Source: Lama glama (Eukaryota). From it: a stretch of 64,000 nucleotides of DNA. The position numbers and the translations under genes are program-made. Position 1 is the first letter of the stretch. Each line of letters begins with the position of its first letter. The notes below the pieces were generated by a model that saw only the letters and a program-made list of their open reading frames with translations, did not search any database and was not told the DNA's origin. Shown in pieces: positions 23,796-37,362 of the stretch. The stretch spans positions 22,260,001 to 22,324,000 of the forward strand of contig CM052832.1 in assembly GCA_028534125.1 (NCBI GenBank), in the 5' to 3' direction.

Positions 23796-25679
23796 CAATG
23801 TCCATGTGTTTGTTTCATCAGTAACGACTGTGGTCCAAAGATTCCCCCTTCTCCTTTTTTTTTTTTTAAATAAAACTAAGCGTAAATGCATCTATTTCTA
23901 AATGCACGTTTCAGAGAAAGTCAGATACAATCACCACCCCCCCAACCCCACATACACACTCAGTAATGAGACTTCAGAGCGACTTGTGCGCGTGTGGTCT
24001 ACAGCTAGGTCCACGCGATCGCTGCTGCTGGGAGCAGTGGTCTTTCTGCACCTTGGCACACAGGCCCTGCCTTGATTAATGCATTTGTTCCTGGATACTC
24101 AGCCCCCCGGGTGTCTGCAGGACACTGAATTAACTTAGCACTTGCAGGCCCAGGTGATCACCAGCACCAAAGACATTTCTGCACCAGGGACTTCCCAATT
24201 CAAATCATGATTTCTAAGAACACTTCTTTTTTTCCTATTTCCCCTTTTCGTTCTCTCTGTGCTTTTCCACGCAGTCACTCGAGGCCCCTGTGCAAGGCTA
24301 CGGCCACTGAAAGGCTGCTAGGCAGCCTTTGAGGTAGTGCTTTTAAAAATCAGCTCTGCAGCTCGTAATTTGAGATTTATATGGAGGCAGGCAGCGGCCG
24401 AGTTCCCCTCCCCTCACGCTCCCCCCAACAATGAGTCCTCCCCCTCTCCTCCCTGTGCACATCCTACCATTCCCAGGGCACCTGTCATCATGCAAAACCT
24501 GATCACTGGCCTCGCAGGTGACATTTGCTGTAATCATCTCAGCGAGAGTCCGGTGGACGACACAAAGAACTGATGCCCGTTGGGCAAAGAAATTTGCCTC
24601 TTCTCCTTCCCTTGCACTTACCTCCTCCACAAAGGTGAAGAGGAACTTGCTGCTGCCTCCAACCAGAGACTGATCCTAGAAGAAGCAGGCGACATTCCAG
24701 CACAGGGTTGCCACTTTAGGATGCGGAGACCGGGCTCCTGGACATCTGCCCTGAGCGTTAGGGAAGAGAGGACCAGAGGATGGTCCACCAGCAGCATTTG
24801 GGACATGCTCAGTGAGTGTGGGCCTCCCCGCAGGTGTCCCCAGTATAAATACAGGCAACTCGTCCCAGGTGGGCAGGGTTGTCAATCACCATCAACCACT
24901 GTCAATCACGTCTTCACAGAGATGAGTAGTTTCTGAGAGAAACAGAATCACCTTTCCTTAACCTCTCTGCCAGGTTCTGCACAAAGTAGGGGTAGCGGGT
25001 TTACTGTAAACCTGCAGTTACAGGGCTGAGAAGAGCAGGACGGTGTGTCCTCTGTGTTGTGGTCAATCAACTGAGAAGTAACCTTTCTAGACTTTCAGAC
25101 TTCTTCACGTTAGAGACTCAAGCGGCAGAAAGATGGCTCCCAGCTTTGGGGAGTAGTGGTGTGTCCTGAGTTGGTGCGCTTCTCCCTTCTTTGATTTTAA
25201 TTTTTCTGCAGAGGGACAAACACATAGGTGTTCAAATAAATAAACATGGCCACTTAATTGCTTTATTTATTGACAACACGTTTGTAGCGAGCCTTGACTA
25301 GTGGGAGGGGTCACACTCCAAAGAGAAAGGGACATAAACATTTTATAACTCAGGATACGAGCAGCTGCATTTCACTTTTTTATGCTCAAAATATATGACT
25401 TTAAAATACAAAAATATATTGGAAAAAAATCAAATTCAAGACCATATAAGCTAGGCAAACTCGAACCCACTTTGGAAAGAGAAATAAGTATTCATTAAAA
25501 AAAAAAAACTAAATAGAAAACTAGACTGAGAATCTATTCAAGCCCTGTTAGAGTTAAGGAGTCTGAATGAGGCTGAAAAAATCTGGCAAATTTTGTCAGT
25601 GTGATTGATTATCCTTTCTTCAAAGAATCTGCTTCATTGGTGAAATGGGCTTTCTATTCTATTATGCATGATTAGTGCT

Positions 25680-26350
25680 TTTTTTAAAACCTTTTAATGT
25701 TTTTTCTTTTTTGTTTGTTATGTCAGTTATAAATACATATATTTCAAGATAAGGAGTATGATTTTATTGTAGCATAGTCAGTTTACAATGTAGTGTCAAT
25801 TTCTGGTGCATGTCATAGGGCTTCAGTTATACATATACACACATGTACTGGATTTCATATTCTTTTTCATTATAGGTTACTATGAGATATTGAATATAGT
25901 TCCCTGTGCTATACAATAGAAATTCATTTATCTATTTTTTTCTTTTTTCTTGTTTATTTGGGGGGGAGATAACTAGGTTTATTTTTAATGGAGGTAGTGG
26001 GGATTGAACCCAGGACCTTGTGCATGCTAAACACACACTCTACCACTGAGCTATACTCTCCTCCCTTTTATTTATTTTACAAAGTTAGTATCTGCAAATC
26101 TTGAACTCCCAATTTATCCCTTCCCACTCCCTTTCCCCGGGGCAATCATAAGTGTGTTTCCTATGTGAGTCTTTCTGTTTTTTAGCTGAGTTCATCAAGA
26201 TTTTCTTTCTTCTTTCTTTACATTCCACATATGAGTGATATCATATAGTACTTTTCTTTCTCTTTCTGGCTTACCACACTTAGAATGACGATCTCCAGGT
26301 CCATCCATGTTGCTGCAAATGGCATTATTTTATTCTTTTTTATGGCTGAG
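25680..26350 (-). mobile_element. Young 5'-truncated LINE-1 3' end, antisense, TSD-bounded, interrupted by a SINE
   Basis: gatattgaatatagttccctgtgctataca and ggtccatccatgttgctgcaaatggcattattttattc. Direct repeat tgattagtgct at 25669-25679 and 26351-26361. Confidence 0.95.
25939..26065 (-). mobile_element. tRNA-Ala-derived SINE (camelid vic-1 type), nested in L1
   Basis: The reverse complement has A box tagctcagtgg, B box ggttcaatccc, tail aaacctagttatctccccc and an A-rich end. Imperfect TSD tttatctatttt / tttatttatttt. Confidence 0.9.
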
Positions 26351-29300
26351 TGATTAGTGCTCTTATAGGGACCTTCGTTAGTATATCAATGTCACGCAGG
26401 CATAATGACAGAAAAGAAAGGAAGCCAAAGGAAGCCAAAACCCTCCTTTTTAACCCACGGAGCTGAGTTTACAAACAGGCTGGATGGCAAGGTTGTGGCG
26501 ACTGCCTACTCTGCTTTTGCCCAGAAGGTGGCAACATTTCCTTAAGAATTTGTAAGAAAACTCACTTCAGAAAATGTCAGTTTATCTCTGGACACTGTTT
26601 TGTTCTCTTTTCAAAGGCACAGCACAAAACGCATGGCCCCCCACACCTGTTCTCCCTGTTTATTCTCACCAGATTAAAGGAGAAAATATTGTTTCTCTCT
26701 CTCTGTTGTCAAGATTTCAGGCTGAAATGAGTTTATGCTGAATTAGGTAGCTGACAGTTTTAGGCAGTTAGTCCTCCTACTCCCCACTGTCCCAGAGAGG
26801 GGATGTCTTTTTGGAGGGGGGTCAGTGTGAAGATCCACTTTCATGAAAAGCAGTTAAATCAGATGCTCGCTCACAACCATAAACATTCTTTCCTTTCTGA
26901 AAACCTCAAGATAATTCTTTGCAATGATCACTCCTTCTCCACTTGGCTACTTGCATGTCTCTTAATACTTGTTCGTTCTGAGATTCAGGAGCAAGATGAA
27001 AGGCAGTGGAGACACTGGGAGTGGAGAAGTTTGTCCAGACTCAACATTCAGAACCCTGTGTGCAGTCCAAGGTCTCGCTGGCAAGCTGGGGACTGTGGTT
27101 CCAGGAACTGAAGATGTTGTTATGTTCTTTCCCACACCCCCGATCCATTCTTCCCCCATTTTCCAATGTATTTTAATTTGAGGGGAGCGTGGTAGCTGTA
27201 AACAGACACATCCACACAGACAAATGACTCTGCTTAAAGTCTGTTTACTTAGCCATGGGAATTGCTCCAAATTACAATAAGAGATTCAGATGAACATTTT
27301 AAAATGTATTTGGAGCGATTCTTGGTGTTGTGTAACCTCGTGACCTTGCCTTTCACGTTGGAAGGAGAGACAGGACGTCCATCCCCAGGAAATACTCTAC
27401 CCGCCAGTCTTACTGTTCTCAGTGTCTGTCTCTCCCTCTCACACACAGTTCCCAGTTAAGATGTGCACTACAGCTTCGTAATCCACAATGTCTCTTGGCC
27501 AGAGAATAGGAAGTGGCTTCTAGAACATTCAGGTGGCTCTATCTAGTCCCCATGCCACACACAGGCGCCTTCACCCTTTCTTCCCGCAGCCACCTGCATG
27601 GCTGCCTCCCTCCCGGACTTTGGGAGGAGAGAGGAGGAGATCCCCTCTCTCCAGCCCCTTGCCCATGGACCCCCGGGTTCCTCCTCTCTCCCGCCCAGCC
27701 CCACCACATAAGCCGAGATTCCCTCCCTGCTTTCTTCCTGGGTCGGGGGGAGAGCTCCTCTGAGCTGCCCCAGAGGAGGTGCGTGTCTGGATGACCTAGA
27801 CATGGTCGGAAGAAGGAGATGAAATCTCCCTCCACATATGCTCATCAGCTCGAAAAATTTTAAAACATAGAAATCTATAGATTATCCATGAACATATAAG
27901 ACAGTATGACACCAAAGCACAATACAAAATAACACTGAATGAAATTTTAAGCTCTTGAAGTCAGTTAACAGCAACTTTTCCCAAATTTCAGAATTGTCCA
28001 TTTATACATGTAGCTGATTTCCACTTTCCTTGAAGCTCCTGGACCCAAGTCACAAATCTGCTCCTGCTACACTCCTCTGCCCCAAGGAAAGATGATCTCT
28101 CTGTTGTTCCTACCTTGTCACAAGCCCCTGTCTGCTGGGTAGTGGAGGTGGGGAGGAGAGGGGGTTCCTCCTTTTAGTAAAATTCCACGAAACTAGTTTG
28201 ATGTTTGGGGTGGCCTCTGCCTCTTTGGGTCTCTCAGATTTCCCATCTCTGACTCTGCTCTTCCCGCAGATGGCCTGGGACCTCCTGGAGGTGAGGTCAT
28301 CTGTATCCCCACTGTCTTCCAAGACAGAGTCGCTGGCCTTCCCTGCTCCTGGCTTGAGGGCCACGGAGACATGGCTGATTGCATCCAGCTTTTGGGGAGC
28401 TGATATGCTAGGACCCACCACTGCTTTGGGCCATTTGTTCCTTTTCTTAAACTCCCTATTTGAGGGCCCGTGCTGATACCCCTATGCATCCTCACACAAG
28501 GCACAGAGTTCTTCTGGAATCCCCAGGCACATCACCAGGAAGGGGGATGCCAGAAGCCCTGTCATGCCCTTTCCACTGGTGATGCTGTCCCCTCCCTTGG
28601 GTGGGGAGCGGGGAAACTTTGCCGACACTCCCTGCTGCACCATGGGAACGTGTCACTAGTCCAGAGTTGGCTGGCTCTCCCATACCTTCTGGGCATTTCA
28701 AAAGCTCTGCCCCATCCTAAGGATAAGAAGCAGTTATCCTTACATCCAAGTGATGTTGGAACTTGCTTTCTCAGGGTTGCTCAAGCTCCCATGATTCCCT
28801 CCTAGAAAATCCAACCTTCAGATTTTTCTTAAAAGCTCAGAATCTTCCATCTGTATGCTTTCCTCTGTGGCATACCCTCCTTTCTCCTTAAGGGGAACAA
28901 GTGTAAAGACCTCAATCATTAGCAGAGGGGAATCTTATCTACATTCTAAGAAAAAATTTAAGATCTGAGCCCTTGGGCTTGGTTCCTGATACAATAAAAC
29001 AATTTAGAAAATTTGCTTTCTCTCTCTCCCTTCTCTGCAAAGCCTGTTTTTCACTCTGTCGTGTTCCTCAGTTTTGAATGCCGAAAGCTAAATACACTTC
29101 TTCTCCTTGAGTTTCTGTTTGAATAATCCTAACGCTTTCTACTCTACCCCTACTCTTCAAGAGGTACTTCCGAATGAAAGTATGTATACAGAAATGCAGA
29201 AGAGAGATTCATATCTGTTGTCCTCTGCGTGCTAATCTTCACGTGTGTCTGTAAGGGGCCAATCCTCCTCACCTGCTCCCCAGGCTCTATGTGGAGGAAA

Positions 29301-30776
29301 TGCTGCTGCTTCCCAGTGGTCCTGTCAGCACAAACACCTTAGCTGATTTGTTTGGGTGGATGGTGATGGAGGGTAACTTGTGGCAAAAGCTGAGTTGGGG
29401 TTTGGGTTTATTGATTTTTGAAGCTGCTGCCTGCCTTATTCTAATTTCCTTACAAAGAATGTCCTATCAATCACTTCCATCTGTAAATTATGAAAAAGGG
29501 TGTGGTAGAGGAAAGTGTTTAAAGAATCTCTTTTCTATATCTGTTCAGTCTTTGACTTACTGCTGAACATCAGGGAGATATCTGGATTGGAACCAAATTC
29601 AACTTAGTACTTTAGTTACTACCAGTTTTGGTGGACAATTAGAAAAAGAATTTTTTTGAGGGGGGGGGTCATTCTAAGGACAAGAGAGTCTCCTAAAGAA
29701 AAAGCTACCCCTCCTCTTTACTTCCAGGGAAATCCCAGTGGATGGCACCGGGACTATCACAGACTTACGGAAACTTCCAGGACCTCTTGGCCTCCCAGTC
29801 TCCTCCCGGTCCTGTGCAGCAGGCTGAGTCAGGGAGACGACTTTCTCCACTAGACATCCTAAAAGTCACTGAACGATGAAGAAATATCAGAAGTCTCCTG
29901 CAAAATTTCTGTCCGATAAACCCAGATTGTCTGTAGAATGTAGAAAAATGACTACAAGATGTCCTGACTAAGGATCGTGTCTACATTTCCACCATCAATG
30001 TAAACAGTTGTTTACACTGAGAGGTCCCAGTTTAGTTCATTGCTGTTGGTTAGTGAGAGATTGTAAACTTGAATTTCAATGGCATGTGCTAGGCTCAGCC
30101 TTAGTCAATATTTACACATAATGATGGTTCTCATCCAGGCATAAGGGCTCAGATAGTTATGAAATGATTATACATCACAACCCATCTATAAACAGGATTG
30201 TAATTATCATCGGCAGCAGTGACAACAAACATTTATTGAGGAGCTACCCTGTGCCGTAATTGAATTAATGAATGTGTTAATCGTTGCCTCCTGTTTCCAT
30301 CAATATTCGCTTCAGTTCAGTCTCAGTCACATCACACAGGCACCAGACCAAGACACCTTGTCATTTAAGAAGATTAACTTTTCTTAGAGTATTAAGAGGT
30401 TTTTACTTGTGTTTGAAAGTGTCGCTATGAGTTTTCTCGGCAATGCCAGCTTGACAGGGACAATCAGAAGTCTCCGTCTATGTTGGCGAATGCAGTGGAT
30501 GTGGAGTTTTGGAGAGTCACCAGCAGTGGGGGCCCTGGATGGGGAGGCCCCAGCTCCCGGGCAGAGCCTCCGAGTGCTGGGCACGATTGCTTCGCCTGTC
30601 CTCTTGTTCCAGTGCCCTGTTGGCTCCCCTTGCTGTCTGCCCGCTGTGTGTCCACTGCAGGGCTCTGGGTAGCCCGGGGTAAGCAGGATTTCTCCTGTCT
30701 TGCCTGGTTCTCAGGGCCCCCTCAAGCTGACTCCGGGCAGTGACATTACTCTGAGCCCAACTTCTCTCCTTCTCCT

Positions 30777-30793
30777 CAGCGCCCCCTGCTGGC
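30777..30793 (-). promoter_or_regulatory. Candidate CTCF binding site
   Basis: The minus strand reads GCCAGCAGGGGGCGCTG, essentially the canonical CTCF core. It lies in non-repeat sequence and keeps its CpG. Confidence 0.7.
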
Positions 30794-32704
30794 ATTAATC
30801 TAGTCCCTCCTTTGGCTGCTGATGGCAGGACTCCTTCCCAAAACAATCCGCTGGATTTTAGGCTCGAAGGTAGGATGGTCCTGTGTGTGCAGACTCCTGC
30901 CGGGCTTTTGGTATTACGATGCCTTCGCTTCGTCTTCCCAGTTCCACTGAATCCACTCCTACTCCCAGCTCTTGCGCACCTCTGCCCAGAATCACTGGAG
31001 GGCTGGGTGGGAAGGCAGACGGGGCGCTGCCCTGAAACACCCAGGTTATTTCTCAGTTCTCACACTCAGCCAGTGTCCCTGGAGCTGATGCACTTAATTG
31101 TGGCTCCTACTACTTCTCTATCAGGAACATCAGTCCTACCCAGTTCCCAGGACAAGGAGTCAAGGGTAGTTCTTGTCTCCTGCTTGTTTATGAGACCAAA
31201 CAGGACAGGATAATTTTCTGAGATTTCAGTTTTGCTTCCTTTTCCAAGTCACATCCACCCTTCCCATTTCCAACAGACACCCAGAGTTTGCCCTCTCTTG
31301 TCTCAGGAGTCGAAGCTCGTTCAGATTTTTGTAAAAGCCTAATCTTAGGCAAAATTAGGTCTCCCCAGAGAAAGAGGGGAGATTAAGGCGTGCTTTTGAG
31401 AGCACTGGGAGAGGACAGGAGAGATGGTTCACCCTGGCCTGGGTGGAGGCTGGAGGTTGGTGAGTGCCAATAGCAGCGGGGAGCAGGGACCCCAGCGGCA
31501 GCCACCCAAGCGAGGGGCACTAACAGAGCATGTCTGCCCCACCAGGTCATCAAAGATCTTCTGAGCCCCACGAGTGGAGCAGAAGCAAGTGAGCTGCTGT
31601 GTCCTGAAGGGCTGGAGCCATGGAGACCCCAGTGGTATATTCTGTGTCCCCCAGCGTCTCGTGGCCAGTGGGGCCCTTCTGAGGTTTACTCCTACTTAAG
31701 ATCCACAGATCTTTGTGTGTGTGGGGGTTCCCATGGTGACTGAGCCTGGCTTTTCTAGCCATCAGAGGGCTGGAGCTTAGAATCTGACTTAGGTCGGTTT
31801 AAAGAATGAGGAGGAAACGTAATGTGTGCCTCACTCTCTGCCCAGTGATTGGTTATTGGCTACATTCTGTCCTCTCCTGGCACCTCTCAGGAGGGCCTAT
31901 CAAAAACCACTGTTCCACCTTGACAGGTGTGCTTCTGTGCTGTGAGCATGCCCAGTGGATAACCTTGGGGATCCTAACAATATAAGAATGACCACATACT
32001 CAGAACCTGCACTCTAGTAGACTTTCTAATTGTGGCTCCAGGACTACATTAGACTACAGAAGCAGGCTGAACTTGTTACATGCGGTAGGTTTGCCTGGTG
32101 GTTTAGCAGCTTGTGAACAGAAAAGTAGGACAGACAGAGAGCAAGAAGCAGAGCAAGTGGGTGAACAATGGTTCAGATTGTGAAATCAACTTAGACTTCC
32201 CATCTGATGGCCTGGTTTGGGAGTAAACCTTTATTCATCATTCATTAGGACCTACTGATTTTAGGGTGCATTCGAGAGGCTGCCCACATCACCCTAAACT
32301 AAATAGAAATCACCACAGCGGGAACTGTGTCTTTGGATTGCCTCATACTGCCAGCATCGATCTGGGAACTTAAACACAAAGGCAGCAGGTCTCTGTTTTC
32401 TACCTGGAGGTTTTCTGCATATACATATAATATATCAAACTCATAATCAAATCAATAATAAATAATCTTACTTCCCAGTGATCAGCTGAGCACCTTTGCT
32501 TGGTGGATCTTTTTCCCCCCTTTTACTAAGTAGGCTTTTCAGAAATAAAAGAGGCAAGTTTGTTGCCTCTACACTGTTCTTTGACCACATACATTATTGA
32601 GCTACAATCTAGCAAATGAAACAAACACCACCAACAAAAGACTATTCTAAATGCAGAGAAAGCAAGTGATTCCATTTGAGGGTAGAGAAAAAACACTGCC
32701 ATGA

Positions 32705-32935
32705 ATTAAGTGGTCTGCCTGCACCAGGCATTTTACACACGTTGTTTCATTTAAGTTTCCACAACAACTTGACAAGACAGGTATTAGTGTCACCATTTTA
32801 CAGATAAAGAAACTGAGTCTTGAAGGGGGTGGACACACTGTTTAGAGACTCATACAGGCAATTCCATGGAATGGGAATTCAAATGTGAGTCTATTTGAAC
32901 CTAAAATCCATACTCATATATTCTACAACGTTGCT
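32705..32935 (-). mobile_element. MIR SINE
   Basis: tcatttaagtttccacaacaac..ccattttacagataaagaaactgagtct. Confidence 0.88.
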
Positions 32936-34061
32936 TCCTATGCTTGGAAATTACAACGGAGAGCAGAGTTGTTGCAGAAGAGAGGGGATGAGAAACCTAG
33001 AACGACAGGGTTTAAACTGAACCAGGGAAGAAATGGAAACTACAAAGTAACTGGCCAATTATCTGATCATGTTCTGAGACAGAGTGATCTGACAGCTCAT
33101 CCCGAGCACAGTCTAAATTGTTGGGTTTAGATGAAAGTGTTTGAGAAATTCACAAGAGGGTTAAAGTATAATCACTTTCATTGCTTTATTTAAGTCATAA
33201 AAAAGATTAACATGTACTAAGCTGAACTGAAATTACGGGGGCAAAGCTAACAAGAAGTAATTTTGCTTTTGACAGATTTCCTTCCTTATTCCTCACTTGC
33301 TCCAGATGGAGGCTAATGTAAACTTTATATCATAGGAATAAATGCCTATTGATTGATTAAACATTGGTGGTGGCACTCTGTCTCCATCTGTATAGGAAAG
33401 TGGCTGTTTTCAAAATTAACCCTTCTATGGGTCTGACACATGCTATCAAGACGCATCCTAAATTTTGGAAGCCAGACTGCCCACAGCTGTGCAATTATGC
33501 AAACTAGGCTATATTCCAGACATCATTTGCATGCAATGGTAAAAAGCTACTTTTGTAGTTTAGTTTAGATACAATACACATTGGAATACTGTTACTGACT
33601 TCCTTCTTCGGCTGGGCAGGATGCTCCATAATTATCTGGGACTTGCCTTTTTACTTCACAATAAACAGATTTTCCCTGAGTACAAGTTCACCATCAAGGA
33701 GTTCTCTGTATAGTGGAAATAAATACCTTTCCCTTAAGATTTGTATTTCTTATTGAGGTAGTCTTTTGGGCTATGAGAAATACATGTATCCTCTTCCTTG
33801 CAAGTCAGAACAGAAACTGATAGAAGAATTTGTATCTATTTTCTTTTCTTTTTTAAATCCCAATAGCAGTTTTTCTCTGGCCCAGGAGACTTCATTTGGT
33901 TTGTGTTTTTAGAGCATGAGATTTGCTCCTGGTTTCAACCTGCAATTCATCCCACCCAGTGCTCTGTCCTAGGTTTTAGCTAATGGGTAGCCCTGGTTCT
34001 GCTGGACGTCAATCTTAGGCGAGTGAGGTAATCTAAAATATTCTCTCTCTCTCTCTATCTC

Positions 34062-34180
34062 TTTCATTCAGCAACATCTTATGAGCAGCTACCTTAAGCA
34101 AGGCATTGTTATGCACTGTGGAAGACACACAGCACATGAGACACAATCACTGCCATGGAATTTAGTAGGGAAAATAAAAT
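34062..34180 (-). mobile_element. L2 3' end
   Basis: ttcattcagcaacatcttatgagcagctacc..aggcattgttatgcactgtggaagacac. Confidence 0.7.
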
Positions 34181-36229
34181 ATGATTACATAGACCTAAAT
34201 ATAAAGTAGTTAATAATAATCACTATAAGACAAGATAAATTAAAGTGGGGGAGGGGTGTTCTGGCAGCAGAGATATTTAATATAAGGCCATAAATTATTA
34301 ATACATTATGCATGAATTTAATCTAAATTCTTGAACATTTTCCTTTCTACTCCTCTTCTAACCCAGGACTTCCTTTTATTGACATGTGGTCATAAGTTAT
34401 TTTGTCTTCAAAGACAAAGTTTCAAGTTTGATCCTTCTTCCTTTTGTAACGAAATTGTTTTTAAAAAATGAGTACATAGCTAGGTGCTGACTGAGGACTT
34501 CGACAGCCCTGAGTCGAAAGTAGATTAGCGTGCAAAGAGGCAACTCTGGGTTAGCAAGAAGTATGACTCATAGGTAGGATGAAATATTGGGTGCTATTTC
34601 CAATTCTGTCCCTTGTTCACTGGGCAGTCACTAAACTGCTCTATATTTTAGTTTTCCTAAGCAATAAAATGCAGATAATAAGATTTCAGCAGCCATTATA
34701 GGAAATTTATGATCGAAAGGGTCTTTAAAAATCTTGGTATTTTAAAAAACACCGTTTGGTCAATGTTCAGCTATAATATTACATGGAGATGAATTCAGGT
34801 TCTTTTAAAGTAACATTATGAAAATTTTACAAACATATAAAAATATTTTAAACATTATATAACTGTGTTTAGTCATTGCTCCATGATTTAATTCATGCTA
34901 TCTTCCTTTTTGAAGCATTTCATTTTCTTGGGGGAAAAAAAAAAGTTCATATGATTTAAAGATTAAAAAAAACGCCCTCTGGACATCCCACCTTCTGGGG
35001 GCCCCTGTCTCTGTGGGCCATTGACGTCGTCTGAACTTAGACTTGCCTTTAGGGCAGGAGAAAGGCCCTCCTGCAATAAAGCCGAGCAGTTTTCATGATC
35101 ATTCTGAAGGTGACCTGTTCTCAACACTGCTGGGGACTCCTGGGCGAAAGTCAGCTTTAACAGCCCTCCGATTTTGAAGTAGAGCATGTGACACACATTT
35201 CCCCCCCTTTCCAGTTCATGCTTTTGTCACAAAGCAAACTGTACGGGCCCATTCAGGTTGGCAGTGAGGAGGAAAAGAAACGTACCAAGTGAATGCCCGT
35301 AAGGTGTGGCACCTTAGAAATTCCAATCAACATTTGCTTGCCTGGTACATGGTTCTATTTCAAGTTAAGAAACAAATTCTCATGGCAAACTGCTTGGATA
35401 CTATGTTTCCCAAGAGTTTTTTTAACCAAAGAATCAATATGGCATTCATTCCTCTGGATGGATCTCCACCTAAATTGTCTCAGCAAATAAACTTAGCTTT
35501 GTGTTTTATTAAGAAAATGGAAGCTATCAGACTGTTCCACACATAGACTCGGCAAGCGGGGCCCTGCGCTGAAGCCTGTGCTTTGCAGGGCACCATTCTG
35601 GCCTCGGCCACCTGGGCTCCTCCCCACAGGGTAAGGGTGTGTGGCGCGAAGGGGACATGTCCATCCAGAGCCTGCTTTGGGTACTTTCCTGGGCACTCAT
35701 CCCAAATGCTGTCAGTATGCTATACCCCAGAATTCCTTACACAGATAGCCATGGGCCTCTTCCCCAAATCCTTTCTCCAAAGATGGATGAACCCACTGTG
35801 TGTCCATCTCCTAGGTCCAAGGGGTGGCCGGGGAAGGGACGGCTGTTTGCCTGGGCACACAGGCTTGGGTGAACACAAGTGTGATCTGTCAGGTGCCTTG
35901 GGGTACCACGAGGCGGAAGAGAGGACAACTGGGTCATGGGCTGGTTCTGGCTCTCCCATGCCTCTGTGTTCCAGTGCCGAATGCTGAGGCACGAAGATCC
36001 TAAAATAGAGCGTGGCTTCCCAAGTTTTAAAGAAGGTATTTTTGTCAAGATATCTAGCCCACCAATGGAACATACTCTCTTTACCTGGTTTTGGGGTTTG
36101 ATTTGTAAGTTTTAAATATTCAGACATAGATAAGTGAGCATTGGTTTGGTCTCAGAAAATGCTAGGGCTGGTATATGACCATATATGGCCTTCCTTCACT
36201 TCCTGTCTGAAGTAGTTTTGAACCCATTC

Positions 36230-37200
36230 TTCCTCCAGGAGATAGGGCACCCCTTCTGAGGTTCAAGCTTACCCCTTGATTCCAACTCTCATATCATTTC
36301 TGGACCTTGTGTCATAAAATCTCCCCTATTTCTATTGGCTAGATTTCCCTCATCTCATCCATAAGACTCTCCTATCCTTAAGAAAAAAAAAAACCCCAAA
36401 ACAAAACAATTCCATTGACACCACCCACCTCCACGGTGGTAGGGTTTCCCTTCCTTTCAGAGCCAAACTTCTTGCAAGTCTGTTCTACACTGTATTGTCA
36501 TAACATCTCCATCTCGTACTTATTCAAACTTTATCATCTGATTTCTACTTCCATCAGGCTATACATTCAAGGGGCCACTTTTATGTTAATTAATTTGCCA
36601 CCTAGACTTTTCTGGTTATTTGAACTGCTGATATCACCTTCTTGAATCTTGAATTCATTGGCTTTAATTACACCAGATTGTGAGGGTTCTTAATGCTTCT
36701 TCTATGATCGTTTCTCCTCTTGGCCTCCCTTAAAAATTGATGAGCACTGGGATTCTGTTCTGTGTTCACTGCTCTTCAGAATCTAGAGAACCTCGGCCAT
36801 GTGTATTGCTGGACTCCCATGTGATAAGAACACACATTCCTATTTTTCTAGCTTTAATGTCTGCTTTCACCCTTGAACTCATAGATCCCAATGAATGCTG
36901 GTCATCTCCCACTTGAAAAGCCATCCGACACATCAAATTCAACATTGGTCTAGACTCATCATCTTCCCTGTGCACTGTTCTCATTCTTTGTTCATTTTCC
37001 CAAGACTGGGAGACCCCCAAGTTTCTCCCCTTCTTATATCAACCTATTGCTAAGTCCTGATAATTCAGCCTCATAAATGCTTCTCAGATCTGTATCATAT
37101 TTTCCATTTCCACTCCCATTGCTATACATCTGTCATCATTTCTCTTGAGTCAATATTTGCTACTGGTCTCCCTGCCTTCAATATTGTCCCAACATTGTCT
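36230..37200 (+). mobile_element. L2 body fragment
   Basis: Pyrimidine-rich strand with L2 hallmarks: gccaaacttcttgcaagtctgttctacac, catctcccacttgaa..cacatcaaattcaacat and actggtctccctgcctt. Confidence 0.75.
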
Positions 37201-37215
37201 TTATTCATATATTCT

Positions 37216-37362
37216 CAACCTCTCTGAGTCTCAGTTATCCTTTTCTTTAAAATGGGGGTATTGATAATCCCTACATCCCAGGCCTGTGGATGCAATTAAT
37301 GAAATAACGCATGTGAAGCACTTAGCCCAATGCCTAGTAAGTTGTAGGACTTAGTAAATAGT
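37216..37362 (+). mobile_element. MIR SINE
   Basis: aacctctctgagtctcagtt..taaaatgggg..atgtgaagcacttagcccaatgcct. Confidence 0.88.
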
